From positions 17,360,001 to 17,424,000 of the forward strand of contig CM075979.1 in the NCBI GenBank assembly GCA_038087875.1: a stretch of DNA of 64,000 nt, given 5' to 3'. Of the stretch, positions 61,861 to 64,000 are shown one piece after another (the stretch's first letter is position 1; the number at the start of each line of letters is the position of its first letter). Source of the DNA: Malacoraja senta (lineage: Eukaryota). The position numbers and the translations under genes are program-made. The notes beneath the pieces are model-generated. The model was not told where the DNA came from. It worked only from the letters and a program-made list of their open reading frames with translations, and ran no database searches.

Positions 61861-62582
61861 ACCAAGAACCAAGGAGGGGGTCAGGTCCATGCCAGTGACC
61901 CACTCACTCACCGTTGCCGCGGCGCTCCGGGCGCGGAGCCACCGCATTGTGGCCGGGGAGGGAAGTAGCTCGCGTGGCTACGAGCGGCCGCCATCACTGG
62001 ACAGCGGAACCGACTGCCATCTCAGCGCTTTCTGCCGGCCCGCTCACCACTGACAGTGCTCTCCGTCTGAACAGTGAGGGGACCAGCTCAAGAGCAAAGA
62101 TCACAGAGCGGAGTAGGTCAGCGGGTGATGGATAACATCACAGCGGGCGGTGGAGCTTACTCCTGTGTCAGCGCGAACAAGGGATCAATTGAGGTTACTC
62201 GCGCTTGCATATGGTGTAAGCTCCACCGCCCGCTGTCCTGTTATCCATTGCTGGCTGACCCGGTCTTGAGCAGGATGCTGGCATGATCCCCGACCGCCTC
62301 CTTCTCAACACTCCTGCCCTCCCCGCAACTTTACCCCTGGACAGGCTACCCACACACTGTGAAAGGAACTCTCCCCCCCCCCCCCCCCCAGCAGCGCTGT
62401 CCTTTTACAGCCGCTTCCCACTTTACAGCCACTTCCCATCAGCTGCTAGCAGTGAGGGATAGACCTGGCTATCCCTCAGTACAGCAACATCGTTCTTGAT
62501 GTTGCTGTACTGAGGGACAACAAAGTCTATCTTTCTTGGCTAACAACCTAACCTTCGGCCTCCAAGATGCAGGTACATTTTC

Positions 62583-63491
62583 TAGTAATGTTACAAAATG
62601 TTGAGATTTTAAAAATCAAGTCTGCAATTTATCCCATCAGATAGAGCATAAAAAGAAGTTTAATTTGACACCTAATTCACTTTCATATCTTCAGTATTAA
62701 AAAGGTTATGGCCATTTTCATACTCGGAAATTAGCAACTTGTTCCCTATTGCTTTTCCATTCGACTTAACACAAAAGCTGTGATCGAGGACAGTCAAAAG
62801 CCCATAACTTTCTTAAAAATTAAGAGAACTGAATGAAATTTTCAGTTATTATAGATTGAAGCATTCTGAAACAAATATAAAATCTTACTTGGATGACCTG
62901 AAATTAAAGCATATAATTAGTTAATTACCTAATTGTAGCTAATTACAAAATTGACCATTGTGACGGAAATAGTAATAAACACCCAGACTGCCTTGAAAAT
63001 TCAAAAAATGTGTTATTCTCAAGATGAGAACTTTAATATTATTGTATTATATGCTGTAAGTCTGTAACAGATAGGTAAATAAATTACAATTTCTAGCAAT
63101 AGACCAGGTCTTTATGGAGAAGATCAGTTGCTAGCTGGTACATTGGCATACCATAATCAGTAGCATCATCATACTCCTCAGATTGTAACCAATAAACAAC
63201 CCTGTACACCTTGTTTTTCCTCAACTTTTCAATTTTGGCATTGTAAACTACAAGTTTTTGTTCTTCAAACCACGCATGACATGCCTTTCTGCCCACTACT
63301 TTCCCATTAAGAATGTCCTGTAGATTCCATTTCTTAAGAAAAGGATAATTTTTAAAAATAGCCTAAGTACCAAAAAACAATCTAATCCCATTCACACAAG
63401 AACTCACAATATAACATGATTTTTAAATCTCACTGTCATGAATTTATATGCCAGATGGAAGGAATTTAATGTTTAATTCCCATAAATTAAT
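62583..63491 (-). mobile_element. TAG..CTA DNA transposon, copy 3: inverted, one TIR only, with about 370 bp of extra internal sequence containing a coding remnant
   Basis: 62583-62950 and about 63330-63491 are reverse complements of the 3' and middle parts of copies 1 and 2. An open frame at 63362->63093 lies between them. Confidence 0.8.
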
Positions 63492-64000
63492 CTAGAAACA
63501 TCCACTCAATATAATCAAAATCTCTGTAGAACCTGCAATGTGGTGTTACATATATATTGCAATCAGTGATGGAAATGGGTTTTTGGAAGAAGGGATACGC
63601 TAAGGTCCGTGAGGCTGAGGTTAGGCAGGAAGGAGGTGGGGGGTGGGGGGGGGGGGGTATATGCCATAAGCCCCCCATGAGAAATTGTATTTAACTCTGA
63701 AATTGAGGATAGACAAAAGCTAGAGTAACTCAGCAGGACAGGTAGCACTGCGACTCTGGAGAGAAGACCCTTCTTCAGACTGAACTGAACTCTCGTCAGT
63801 GAGAGTACTTGTGATTGTCTAAAGAAGGGTCTCGACCAGAAACGCAACCCTCTCCACAGAGCCCCTGCCTGTCCCGCTGAGCCACCACAGACAGGGAGTT
63901 GAAGGTAGTCACAGGGGGGGGGGGTCCACATTCAACTTCAGAGCCAAACAAAAAACACAGAGTGCTGGAGGAACTCAGCGGGCAAGGCAGCACCTGCGGA

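Overview
Eukaryotic, repeat-dense vertebrate genomic DNA. The mix of CR1, Rex1/Babar, Penelope-like repeats and a V-SINE suggests a cartilaginous fish such as a skate or ray (inference). Three host genes lie on the minus strand: (1) coding exon 1 of PTPMT1 (1755-1901); (2) a complete four-coding-exon, 231-aa SPRY + SOCS-box gene of the SPSB3 type (13171-18290), reconstructed from splice sites; (3) an intronless 778-aa SLC26/prestin-like ORF (49212-51548) whose canonical anion-binding residues are replaced. Most of the rest is transposable elements. These include a near-complete DIRS1-type tyrosine-recombinase element, a Gypsy provirus with four nested insertions, an RT-deleted self-priming chromovirus, a near-full-length CR1 with 5' tandem monomers, Penelope elements with many short hammerhead-motif repeats, and hAT-type elements. 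There is also a TAG..CTA-ended DNA transposon family with 7-bp target duplications; its longest copy keeps an exon resembling a Spindlin-type Tudor domain. All family assignments come from motif recognition by eye; no database searches were run.
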